Source: Armatimonadota bacterium (lineage in GTDB: Bacteria > Armatimonadota > Zipacnadia > Zipacnadales > UBA5352). Taken from it: DNA of 64,000 bases. The position numbers and the translations under genes were made by a program. Positions 28,883 to 37,413 of this stretch are shown here, piece after piece; positions within the stretch are counted from its first letter, which is position 1, and each line of letters opens with the position of its first letter. The DNA lies in contig JAYENL010000242.1 of the NCBI GenBank assembly GCA_034722055.1, positions 1 through 64,000 of the forward strand, given 5' to 3'. The notes beneath the pieces were generated by a model that was given only the letters and a program-made list of their open reading frames with translations, was not told the origin of the DNA and searched no databases.

Positions 28883-29401
28883 CTACCAGCTCTCGCGGTG
28901 CACGGCGTCCAGGGGCCCCGCGGGCTTCGGCTTGGATTCACCCCGCGGATGCCCCAGACTCACCAGCCCCAGAACTCGAATGTGCTCGGGGATGCCGAGG
29001 AGCTCGCGAACCATCTCCTCGCGCTCGAAGCCGGGGCCCTCTGGGGCCTCAGAGCCGCGGATGCCGATCCAGCACGTGCCCAGGTCCAGGGCTGCGGCCT
29101 GAATCAGCGCGTTCTCAACCGCCGCGCTTGCGTCCTCGATCCACCAGTGCGGCTGCCGCCTGCCATCGGCGCAGAAGACCAGCACCACCGGCGACTGGGC
29201 GCAGAAGCCAGCCCACCGATGCACCTGCGAGAGCCTGGCCCGCCTCTCGTTGTCGGTCACCACCACGATGTGCCACGGCCGCACGTTGTTGGCGGTCGGC
29301 GCCGAGAGCGCGGCCGCCAGGATCTCCTCCAGGTCATCCTCGGACACCGCCTCGTCAGTGTACGATCGCACGCTGCAGCGCTTCCTGATCGCATCGAGCA
29401 T
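28883..29401 (-). CDS. Nitroreductase family protein
   Basis: IRKRCSVRSY, APTANNVRPW, LGTCWIG, LGHP. Confidence 0.9.
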   Translation of the reverse strand: MLDAIRKRCSVRSYTDEAVSEDDLEEILAAALSAPTANNVRPWHIVVVTDNERRARLSQVHRWAGFCAQSPVVLVFCADGRRQPHWWIEDASAAVENALIQAAALDLGTCWIGIRGSEAPEGPGFEREEMVRELLGIPEHIRVLGLVSLGHPRGESKPKPAGPLDAVHRESW

Positions 29402-29450
29402 CTGCGCATCCTCCCTTTCCCTCGCTCGCAATGTCCGTTGCACCCGCCCG

Positions 29451-30146
29451 TCACACCTCCGCCGGCTCCCGGTCGGCCTTGCGGGCGGAGGCGGCACGCC
29501 TCTCCTGCTCAGCCTTCAGCTCCCGGATGGCGTCCTCGATCTGCCGGGTGATCCGCTGCAGATCCTGCTTACCGGGCTTGGGGCCGAACTGCAGGCTGTC
29601 GATGGGCTCACCGAAGCTCACGGCGACCTTCCCGCGGTGGAACCACCTGGAGCCGATGGGCAGCACGTCGTTCGTCCCCGTCAGCGCGCAGGGGATGATG
29701 GGCACCTCCGCGCGGGACGCGGCCAGAGCGGCGCCGAGGTCGAACTCGCCCACCCGCTCGTCCCGGCTCCGCGTGCCCTCCGGGAACATCGTCAGCAGCT
29801 CGCCGGACCTCAGGAGCCTGACGGCTTCCTTGAGCGCCCGCGTGTCGGCCGACCCCCGCTGCACCGGGAAGGCGTAGCACTTGCGGATGATCCAGCCGAA
29901 GACGGGTACGAACAGCTCGCTCTTGGCGAAGTAGTAGGTCCGACGCCTCAGCGCCGAGCCCACGACCGGAGGATCGAGGAAGCTGAGGTGATTGGAGGCG
30001 ATGACCGCCCCATGGTCCTCGGGGACGTTCTCATGCCCCGTCACCCTCCACCCCCCCAGCAGCCGCAGCATCCGCGGCAGTGTCCACTGCACGAAGCGGT
30101 AGTGCGGCCACGTCCAGCTCCGCGGCGGCTCAGGGGTCCTGTTCAT
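29451..30146 (-). CDS. plsC: 1-acyl-sn-glycerol-3-phosphate acyltransferase
   Basis: NHLSFLD (HxxxxD) and FPEGTRS; follows cmk. Confidence 0.9.
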   Translation of the reverse strand: MNRTPEPPRSWTWPHYRFVQWTLPRMLRLLGGWRVTGHENVPEDHGAVIASNHLSFLDPPVVGSALRRRTYYFAKSELFVPVFGWIIRKCYAFPVQRGSADTRALKEAVRLLRSGELLTMFPEGTRSRDERVGEFDLGAALAASRAEVPIIPCALTGTNDVLPIGSRWFHRGKVAVSFGEPIDSLQFGPKPGKQDLQRITRQIEDAIRELKAEQERRAASARKADREPAEV

Positions 30147-30834
30147 CGCGCTCCTCCAGCCGCCCGTCCAGCAGCTCCATCACGCGGTCAACGACCTGCT
30201 CCACGCTCAGCGGATCGGTGTCGATCTCCACGGCGTCCTCGGCCCTGCACAGAGGGGCGACGGCTCTGTTGCTGTCGCGCTCGTCGCGCTCTCGTTGGTC
30301 CTCGAGCACCTCCTGGAAGCTCACGTCCTCGCCGCGCTCCCGCAGCTCCTCGTATCGACGCCGGGCGCGCTCCTCGGCTGAGGCCGTGATGAAGACCTTC
30401 AGCAGCGCATCCGGAAAGACCACCGTGCCGATGTCCCGGCCCTCCATCACCACCGGCCGGCGACTCGCCATGCGCCGCTGCGCCTCCACCAGGTGCTCCC
30501 GCACCTGTGGAATGGCTGACACGGGCGAGGACAGGTTGCCGACCTCCGGGGTGCGGACAGCGCGCTCCACGTCCTCACCATTGACGAACAGATGCTGCCC
30601 ATCACCGACCGCGCGGAACTCGAAGCGCAGCCCGCCGGCCAGTTCGCCAATGGCGTCGGCGTCCCGTTCCGCGTCGAGGCTCCGGCGCATGGCCATCAGC
30701 GCCACCGCGCGGTACATGGCGCCGGTGTCAATGTAGGTGTAGCCGGCGCGCTTGGCCACCGCGCGGGCCACGGTGCTCTTCCCCGCGCCGGCGGGGCCAT
30801 CAATCGCCACCATGCAGCCGGCCTGCTCGCCCAT
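30130..30834 (-). CDS. cmk: Cytidylate kinase
   Basis: AIDGPAGAGKST, DTGAMYR, MEGRDIGTVVFPDA. Confidence 0.97.
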   Translation of the reverse strand: MGEQAGCMVAIDGPAGAGKSTVARAVAKRAGYTYIDTGAMYRAVALMAMRRSLDAERDADAIGELAGGLRFEFRAVGDGQHLFVNGEDVERAVRTPEVGNLSSPVSAIPQVREHLVEAQRRMASRRPVVMEGRDIGTVVFPDALLKVFITASAEERARRRYEELRERGEDVSFQEVLEDQRERDERDSNRAVAPLCRAEDAVEIDTDPLSVEQVVDRVMELLDGRLEERDEQDP

Positions 30835-30882
30835 CGCCCGGCCCTTCCTCTCCCACTACGCTGCTGGTCTAATCCGTGATCC

Positions 30883-30972
30883 GGTCGGGCAGGATGCCCG
30901 ACCTACGCGAAGAGGACTGATGACCGTGAGTCGGTCGGCAGCGTTAAGTAGTGCAGGCGCCCCCGCCTGCAC
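30883..30972. repeat. Divergent pair of GTAG-type REP palindromes
   Basis: Minus strand GTAGGTCGGGCATCCTGCCCGACC (30906-30883); plus strand GTAGTGCAGGCGCCCCCGCCTGCAC (30948-30972). Confidence 0.75.
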
Positions 30973-31047
30973 GCCGTTTGGGCCCCTCGCCAGATACCTG
31001 CCCTGGGCCGGGGTGGAAGCTTCGGCCCGTTCGCTTCGCTCACAGGC

Positions 31048-31082
31048 CTCACCGGGCGTTGCACGCCCGGCGGCCCCTCCAC
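31048..31082 (-). repeat. GTGGAGGGGCCGC-family repeat with hairpin; homolog at 58425-58459
   Basis: GTGGAGGGGCCGCCGGGCGTGCAACGCCCGGTGAG. Confidence 0.7.
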
Positions 31083-31195
31083 CGAGCTCCTGCGTACCCT
31101 TACAACTACCGGACCCGCAGACAGCACTCGTCGTCAATACCTCAGAACTTGCACAGTGACCACTACCTCGTGCAGCCGCGCAGCTCGACCATCAT

Positions 31196-32503
31196 CTACT
31201 CTTCCTCTTCGACGCACTCGGCCCCCAGCTCCTGCATCGCGCGAGTGAAGCCGGGGAACGAGGTGGCGATGCACTCCGCGCGCTCGACGATCGTCTCCCC
31301 CTCCGCGACGAGCCCCGCCACCGCCGCGGACATGGCCACCCGATGGTCGCCCCGACTGTCCACGGTCGCCCCCCTCAGCGGCGTCGGCCCGGTAATCTCC
31401 AGGCCGTCCTCTCGCTCGGTGATATCGGCCGCCATGGCGGACAGCACCTCGGCCATCGCCGCGAGCCGATCGCTCTCCTTCACGCGCAGCTCCTGGGCGT
31501 CGCTGATGACCGTCGTCCCCTCGGCCTGGGTGGCGGCCACCGCCAGGACGGGCACCTCGTCGATCATCCGCGGGATCAGCTCGCCACCCGCCTCAGTGGC
31601 CGCCAGGTGGCTCGAACGCGCCAGGATGTTGCCCACCGGCTCACAGGCCACCTGTTGCCGATCCCCGACCTCAAGGTCGGCACCCATCGCCTCCAGGACC
31701 TCCAGCAGCCCCGTCCGCCTGGGATTGAGCAGGGTCTCCTCGGCAAGCACCTCACTGTCCTGCGTGAGCAGCGCCGCCACCAAAACGAAGGCGGTGGAGG
31801 AGAGGTCCGCCGGCACCTGCATCGACTGCGCCTGCAGCTCCCGACCCGGCCGCAGCGTGACGGTCAGGTCCTCGACCTCGATGTCGGCACCCATGGCCCG
31901 GAGCATCCGCTCGGTGTGATCGCGCGACGGCCCGGGCTCGATGACTCTCGTCTCGCCCACCGCCTGCAGGCCCGCCAGCAGGATGGCTGACTTGACCTGC
32001 GCGCTGGCCATCGGCGTGTGATACTCGATGCCACCCAGGTCGCCGCCCCGGACGGTGACCGGCGGCAGGCATCGCTCTCCCCGGCCCTGCACGCGCCCCC
32101 CCATCAGCTCCAGGGGCCTCGCGATGCGGTCCATGGGCCGCTGGGAGAGAGACTCATCGCCGGCCAAGGTGACCTCGAAGGGGCGGCCGGCCACCAGCCC
32201 CATCATCAGCCGCATCCCGGTGGCGGAGTTGCCCATCTCCAGCGGCTGGTCGGGCTCTTGAAGGCCGTCGAGGCCTGCGCCGTGGACCTCCAGCGTCTCG
32301 GTGCCGATGGGCTCGATGTGCACGCCCATCGCCCGGAGGGCCTCGGCGGTGCGCAGGCAGTCATCGCACTCGAGAAAGCCCTCGATGCGAGCGATGCCCG
32401 TGGCAATGGAGGAGAGCATCGCCGCCCGGTGAGAGATGGACTTGTCGCCTGGCGGCCGTATTGACCCTGAGAGTCGCTCGCAAGGCCGCACTCGCAGCCT
32501 CAT
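31196..32503 (-). CDS. aroA: 3-phosphoshikimate 1-carboxyvinyltransferase (EPSP synthase)
   Basis: PGDKSISHRA, SAQVKSA, RDHTERML, ELRVKESDR, DHRVAM. Confidence 0.97.
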   Translation of the reverse strand: MRLRVRPCERLSGSIRPPGDKSISHRAAMLSSIATGIARIEGFLECDDCLRTAEALRAMGVHIEPIGTETLEVHGAGLDGLQEPDQPLEMGNSATGMRLMMGLVAGRPFEVTLAGDESLSQRPMDRIARPLELMGGRVQGRGERCLPPVTVRGGDLGGIEYHTPMASAQVKSAILLAGLQAVGETRVIEPGPSRDHTERMLRAMGADIEVEDLTVTLRPGRELQAQSMQVPADLSSTAFVLVAALLTQDSEVLAEETLLNPRRTGLLEVLEAMGADLEVGDRQQVACEPVGNILARSSHLAATEAGGELIPRMIDEVPVLAVAATQAEGTTVISDAQELRVKESDRLAAMAEVLSAMAADITEREDGLEITGPTPLRGATVDSRGDHRVAMSAAVAGLVAEGETIVERAECIATSFPGFTRAMQELGAECVEEEE

Positions 32504-33360
32504 GTCTCAGCCATCCTCTCTCGCCGCCGGCGAGCCTCCGCCAGCAGCGCCGTCAGCGCATCCTCATCCCCGGCGCGCAGCGCCTCCCGGTACCGCTCCG
32601 CCTCCTCAAGGAGCTCATCCAGCGCCGCCAGCACCTCGTCGGCGTTCGTCAGCAGGATCTCCCGCCACACCTCCACCGGGCCGGCAGCGATGCGCGTCGT
32701 ATCCCGCAGCCCGCCGCCCACGAAGGCATGGTCCTCGGCGGCATCGCCCAGCGCCCCGCACAGAGCCGCCGCAACCAGGTGCGGCAGATGGCTGGTGCGG
32801 GCGACGATGCGGTCGTGCGTCTCCGCGTCAACGACCACTGGCCGGGCCCCCAGGGCCTCGACGATATCGCGCATGCGTGTGAGGGCCGCCTCGCCGCCTG
32901 GCTGCGGCGTGAGCAGCCAGGCGCTGCCCCGGAAGAGGTCAGCGCGAGCAGCGGCGATGCCGGCTCGCTCCGAGCCGGCCATGGGGTGGCCGCCCACGAA
33001 GTCAACGCCGTCGGGCAGCCCGCGAGCGGCCTCCATGATCCGCCGCTTGGTGCTGCCGGCGTCCGTCACCAGGCAGCCCTCGGCCACCGCAGGTCCGATG
33101 GCGTTGATGATCTCGGGGATGGCCGCCACCGGGGTGGCGATGAACACCATCTCGGCCTCGCGCACCGCCTCGACGGGATCACGCGTGGTGGCATCCGCGG
33201 CCCCGCAAACCACGGCCTCCCGGAGCGTCTCCGCTGAGCGCGCCACGCCCACGACCTCGCGCAGGATCCCCGCCTCTCGACCCGCCAGCGCAAAGGAGCC
33301 GCCGATCAGCCCGATGCCGATGACAGCCGTGCGGCTGAAGCGCGTGCCCTCCACGGCCAT
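32500..33360 (-). CDS. tyrA: Prephenate dehydrogenase
   Basis: GIGLIGGS, TDAGSTK, GGHPMAGSE, SHLPH, GLRDTTRIA. Confidence 0.95.
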   Translation of the reverse strand: MAVEGTRFSRTAVIGIGLIGGSFALAGREAGILREVVGVARSAETLREAVVCGAADATTRDPVEAVREAEMVFIATPVAAIPEIINAIGPAVAEGCLVTDAGSTKRRIMEAARGLPDGVDFVGGHPMAGSERAGIAAARADLFRGSAWLLTPQPGGEAALTRMRDIVEALGARPVVVDAETHDRIVARTSHLPHLVAAALCGALGDAAEDHAFVGGGLRDTTRIAAGPVEVWREILLTNADEVLAALDELLEEAERYREALRAGDEDALTALLAEARRRRERMAET

Positions 33361-33373
33361 CGGCTCGCCTCCC

Positions 33374-34396
33374 TCATATCTCGCGCCCGACCGCCTCCGC
33401 GACCGTCCGGATCTGCTTCATCAGATCCGCGAACCCCGCCGGGGTCAGGGACTGCGGACCATCGCTGAGAGCCTGATCCGGCCGCGGATGCACCTCCACG
33501 AGCAGCCCGTCGGCGCCGGCCGCCACCGCCGCCAGGGCCATCTGCGGCACCAGGGAGCTGACGCCCACAGCGTGGCTGGGGTCAGCCAGGATGGGCAGGA
33601 AGGTCTCCCGCCGCGCCGCCGCCATCCCCCCCAGGTCCAGGGTGAAGCGCGTGGACGTCTCGAAGGTGCGGATGCCGCGCTCGCAGAGGATGATGTCCAG
33701 CGTCCCCGCGGCGGCGATGTACTCGCAGGCCTTCAGCCACTCCTCGACGGTGGACGAGAAGCCGCGCTTGAGCATCACCGGCCTCCCGGAGCGGCCGGCC
33801 TCCTTCAGCAGGTCGTAGTTCTGCATGTTCCGAGCACCGATCTGCAGGCAGTCGGCCAGCTCCGCCACCCGCTCCACCTGCCGCACGTCCATGACCTCGG
33901 TGACCACCGGCAGCCCGGTCTCCTCCCGGGCCTCGGCCAGCAACTCCAGTCCCTCCGGGCCCAGCCCCTGGAAGCTGTAGGGCGACGTCCGCGGTTTGAA
34001 GGCGCCGCCGCGCAGCGCGGCGGCGCCGGCCTCCGCCACGGCCCGGGCGGTCTGCATGACCTGCTCCCGGCTCTCCACCGAGCAGGGCCCGGCGATCACA
34101 CCCAGGTGTCCCGCCCCGATGCGCCTGTCGCCGAGCATCACCGACGAGGGCCTCGGGTTGTGCTCCCGGCTGATGAGCTTGTAGGGCTTGAGAACCGGCA
34201 CCACGCGCTCGACGCCCGGCAGCACCGAGAACTGGCCCGCCACGACCTCCTTCTCGTGGTCCGGCGCGCCGATGGCGCCGATGATGGTGCGCTCCTCGCC
34301 CCGGGAGATATGGTGGCCGTAGCCACGCTCCGCCAGGCGCTTCACGACCTGCTCCACGTCCTCATCAGTGCTGTCTCGACGCATGACTACGATCAT
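33374..34396 (-). CDS. aroF: DAHP synthase (type I-beta, N-terminal regulatory domain)
   Basis: [44 protein letters not shown]. Confidence 0.96.
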   Translation of the reverse strand: MIVVMRRDSTDEDVEQVVKRLAERGYGHHISRGEERTIIGAIGAPDHEKEVVAGQFSVLPGVERVVPVLKPYKLISREHNPRPSSVMLGDRRIGAGHLGVIAGPCSVESREQVMQTARAVAEAGAAALRGGAFKPRTSPYSFQGLGPEGLELLAEAREETGLPVVTEVMDVRQVERVAELADCLQIGARNMQNYDLLKEAGRSGRPVMLKRGFSSTVEEWLKACEYIAAAGTLDIILCERGIRTFETSTRFTLDLGGMAAARRETFLPILADPSHAVGVSSLVPQMALAAVAAGADGLLVEVHPRPDQALSDGPQSLTPAGFADLMKQIRTVAEAVGREI

Positions 34397-34416
34397 GGTC
34401 GCTCAACTGCCCCTCG

Positions 34417-35529
34417 TCACTGCTCGGGGCGCTCCGCCAGCACCTGGCGCAGCGCCGCGATGAAGGTCTCGTTCTGCTCCGGCGTGCCGATGGTCACCCG
34501 GATCCACTCCGGGAAGCCGAAGATCTCGCCGGTGCGCACCGTCACACCGTGGCGCATCAGGGCGTCGAAGCACGCCACGCTGTCCATGCCAACCTCAACG
34601 AAGATGAAGTTCGCCTGCGTCGGGATATACTCGAGCCCCATCTTGTCGAACTGCCCGTAGAGGTACTGCTTGCCGGCGCGGTTGTTCGCCACGCTCCTGG
34701 GCACCTGGTCTGGGTCGCGGAGGCTGGCCAGCGCCGCTGTCTGGGCCACCGACGCGACATTGAAGGGCTCCCGCACCTGCTTGAGCGCGCTGGCGATGTC
34801 CACCGGCGCGATGCCGTAGCCGATGCGCAGGCCGGCCAGGGCGAAGGCCTTCGAGAAGGTGCGCAGCACCGCGCACCGGGCGCCCTCCCGCACGTGCTGC
34901 AGTGTGTCCGGATAGGCCGGGTCATCGACGTACTCGAAGTAGGCCTCATCGAAGACCACGATGCAGGTGTCCGGCACGCGGTCCATAAAGGCCGCAACCT
35001 CATCGGCGGTCACGATGGTGCCGAGCGGGTTGTAGGGGTTGGAGATGAACACCAGCTTCGTGCGCTCGGTCACCGCCTCGGCCATGGCATCGAGATCGTG
35101 TCGGAAGTCCCGAGCAGGCACCACAACCTCCTCGGCGGCCATCAGCCGGGCGGTGTAGGGGTAGATGGCGAAGGCCGGGTCGGAGAAGACCAGGTTGTCG
35201 CCGGGATCGACGAAGGCCAGCCCCAGGTAGTGCAGAATCTCGTCCGAGCCGCGGCCCACGACGATGGTGTCCGGGTCCACGTCCAGCATCTCCGCCAGCG
35301 CCTCCGTCAGCTCCACACACTGCGGGTCGGGGTAGGAGAGCACCTCCGAGGCCGCATCCTGCATTGCCTGCACAGCCAGCGGCGAGGGCCCGAGCGGGTT
35401 CTCATTGGACGCCAGCTTGGTGACCCTCTCGATGCCCAGCTCCGCCATGACCTCCGCGGAGGACTTGCCCGGGGAGTAGGGCACGATGCGCTTGACGGTC
35501 TCGCGGATCAGCTCGTCTGCCTCGGCCAC
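34417..35529 (-). CDS. hisC: Histidinol-phosphate/aromatic aminotransferase
   Basis: KLASNENPLG, NPYNPLG, DEAY, RTFSKAFALAGLRIGY. Confidence 0.95.
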   Translation of the reverse strand: MAEADELIRETVKRIVPYSPGKSSAEVMAELGIERVTKLASNENPLGPSPLAVQAMQDAASEVLSYPDPQCVELTEALAEMLDVDPDTIVVGRGSDEILHYLGLAFVDPGDNLVFSDPAFAIYPYTARLMAAEEVVVPARDFRHDLDAMAEAVTERTKLVFISNPYNPLGTIVTADEVAAFMDRVPDTCIVVFDEAYFEYVDDPAYPDTLQHVREGARCAVLRTFSKAFALAGLRIGYGIAPVDIASALKQVREPFNVASVAQTAALASLRDPDQVPRSVANNRAGKQYLYGQFDKMGLEYIPTQANFIFVEVGMDSVACFDALMRHGVTVRTGEIFGFPEWIRVTIGTPEQNETFIAALRQVLAERPEQ

Positions 35530-35557
35530 GATCGGTCCCTCCTGCGCTATCGGGAGC

Positions 35558-36538
35558 TCACTCGGAGCTCTGGCTGACGATCTCGCTGAGCAGTCGGCTG
35601 ACGGAGCGGTCCTCGTGAATGCAGCGCAGCGCCTCCGCCAGCAGCGGCGCCACGGAGACCACCGTCACGTTGTCAGGCGCCTCAGGGCGCGTGGGGATGG
35701 TGTCGGTGGTGTAGAGCGTCCGGATGTCGGACTTGCCGATCAGCTCCGGGGCGTCTCCACACATGATGGCGTGCGTCACGCACGCGTTGACCTCGGTGGC
35801 GCCCGCCTCCATGACCTCTGAGGCTGCGTTGACGATGGTGCTGCCGCTGAAGATGAAGTCATCCACCAGCAGCGCGCGCATGCCGTCGAGGTCACCGACG
35901 CTCTCGACGGTCCGCGCCACCTCCACGTCCTCGTTTGGATGGCGTTTGAAGACAACCGCAATGTGGCAGCCCAGGCGCTGTGCAATCTCATCGGCCCGAT
36001 CCACGGCCCCGGCGTCGGGCGCCACGATGATGGTATTGGGGCCGGTCAGGCCCTCTCTGCGGAACACGTTGAGAAACACCGGCAGGTGCGGCAGGTGGTC
36101 TACGGGGATGTCGAAGAAGCCCTGGATGGCGCCCTCGTGCAGGTCCATGGTCACGATGCGATCCGCGCCGGCGGCCACAGTCAGGTCCGCCACCACCCGG
36201 GCGGAGATGGGCTCCCGGCCCCGGAACTTGCGCTCCTGCTTGGAGTACGGATACCAGGGGACGACGGCGGTGATGCGGCCCGCCGACGCCCGCTTGGCGG
36301 CGTCGATCATCAGCCACAGCTCCACCAGCCGGTCGCTGACCTGGTCGGGGAAGGACTGGAAGATGAAGACGTCCTTCCCGCGCACGTTCTCCAGAAGCTG
36401 AATGCGGATCTCGTCGTTGGAGAACTTCGAGACGATGGCCTCCGAGACCCGAGTGCCCAGCGCCTCGGCCACATCGCTCGAAAGCTGCACACTCCCGTTG
36501 CCCGTGAATATGCTCATGTCATCGAAAGCCGGACTCAT
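35558..36538 (-). CDS. prs: Ribose-phosphate pyrophosphokinase (some divergent motifs)
   Basis: FSNDEI, ENVRGKDV, DAAKRASAGRITAVVP, DLH..AIQGFFDIPVD, APDAG, SVAPLLAEA. Confidence 0.92.
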   Translation of the reverse strand: MSPAFDDMSIFTGNGSVQLSSDVAEALGTRVSEAIVSKFSNDEIRIQLLENVRGKDVFIFQSFPDQVSDRLVELWLMIDAAKRASAGRITAVVPWYPYSKQERKFRGREPISARVVADLTVAAGADRIVTMDLHEGAIQGFFDIPVDHLPHLPVFLNVFRREGLTGPNTIIVAPDAGAVDRADEIAQRLGCHIAVVFKRHPNEDVEVARTVESVGDLDGMRALLVDDFIFSGSTIVNAASEVMEAGATEVNACVTHAIMCGDAPELIGKSDIRTLYTTDTIPTRPEAPDNVTVVSVAPLLAEALRCIHEDRSVSRLLSEIVSQSSE

Positions 36539-36590
36539 GCCTGTGGACTCCCGTTCATGGATGATCTCGCCGACGGCCGGCCCCCTGACA

Positions 36591-36622
36591 GAAAAAACGC
36601 CGCGGGTTGGCGCCGCGGCGTT
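36591..36622 (-). terminator. Intrinsic terminator in the prs leader (attenuator segments 3:4)
   Basis: AACGCCGCGG-CGCCAAC-CCGCGGCGTT then TTTTCT on minus strand, about 55 nt upstream of the prs ATG. Confidence 0.85.
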
Positions 36623-36646
36623 GGGCTCTCCTGGGCTCGTGCAGTG

Positions 36647-36721
36647 CTAGCAGGACTCCCTCCGCCGCGGGTCAGACCCGTGGTAATAATGATGGCAGCG
36701 ACTGACTTGGTGGATGGCCAT
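36647..36721 (-). CDS. Putative His/Tyr-rich attenuator leader peptide MAIHQVSRCHHYYHGSDPRRRESC (alternative ATG at 36727)
   Basis: GGGGA SD 7 nt before ATG 36721; CAT CAT TAT TAC CAC run; TAG 24 nt before the terminator. Confidence 0.72.
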   Translation of the reverse strand: MAIHQVSRCHHYYHGSDPRRRESC

Positions 36722-36763
36722 CGCCATATCCCCGCGACGCAGGAGTGCAGCACGTTTGACGGT

Positions 36764-36792
36764 AAACTAACATAGCCCAGAGGCGCTGTCAA
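36764..36792 (-). promoter_or_regulatory. sigma70-type promoter for the leader and prs operon
   Basis: TTGACA-N17-TAGTTT with extended -10 TG. Confidence 0.75.
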
Positions 36793-36910
36793 GGCGCCGT
36801 TCGGCGGCAAGCGGACACGCCGAACCGGGGAGTCCGACGGCGCCAGGACGTGCCGGCGGCTCTGAGCCGTGCGGCGTTCGCAGCCCGCCGGTGAGGATCG
36901 AGACTCACAC

Positions 36911-37270
36911 TCACTCCCGCCGCCGGCTGATCTCCACCTCGGCGTGGTCGATGAGCCCGCCCAGCGGGGCGCTCATCTTCCGCACCCGGACCGTGACCTC
37001 CTCCACGGGGAACTCAGCGAGGACCGCCTCGGCAATGTGGTGGGCGAAGGCCTCCAGGAGCCGGAAACGACTCTCCTCCTGAACGCGCGCCACGAGGTCG
37101 TACACAGCCTTATAGTCAACGGTGTCGGCCACGCTGTCGCTCACGCCGGCAGAGTGCAGGTCCAGACCCAGCTCCACATCCACGTGGAAGCGGCCACCGA
37201 GGTCCCGCTCGGACGCATCCACCCCGTGGTAGCCGTAGAAGCGCATGTTGTGAATGCGGATGATGTCCAT
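36911..37270 (-). CDS. folB: Dihydroneopterin aldolase
   Basis: FYGYHGV..SE, DTVDY, LLEA, VRVRK. Confidence 0.95.
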   Translation of the reverse strand: MDIIRIHNMRFYGYHGVDASERDLGGRFHVDVELGLDLHSAGVSDSVADTVDYKAVYDLVARVQEESRFRLLEAFAHHIAEAVLAEFPVEEVTVRVRKMSAPLGGLIDHAEVEISRRRE

Positions 37271-37413
37271 GGCGTCAGCACAGGCGACAAGCTGCAGGCT
37301 AACAGCAAACGAAGGGGGAGGAGAGCCACGGGGCACAGACCGTCACGCGGACGCCGCAGGGGAGACGTGTGGGCTTCACGGCGCAGCTCATGACCGGAGA
37401 TTGGCGAACCGGC

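Noticed and set aside
36540..36760. T-box or PRPP (ykkC-type) riboswitch upstream of prs
   Set aside because: No T-box UGGNACC motif or ykkC core was recognised. An Rfam scan would be decisive.
36535..36810. Alternative leader frame containing WRW and IIITT (Trp- or Ile/Thr-type leader)
   Set aside because: There is no SD-supported start after the promoter, and the frame runs through the terminator. Ile/Thr also does not match the downstream genes. The HHYYH frame fits better.
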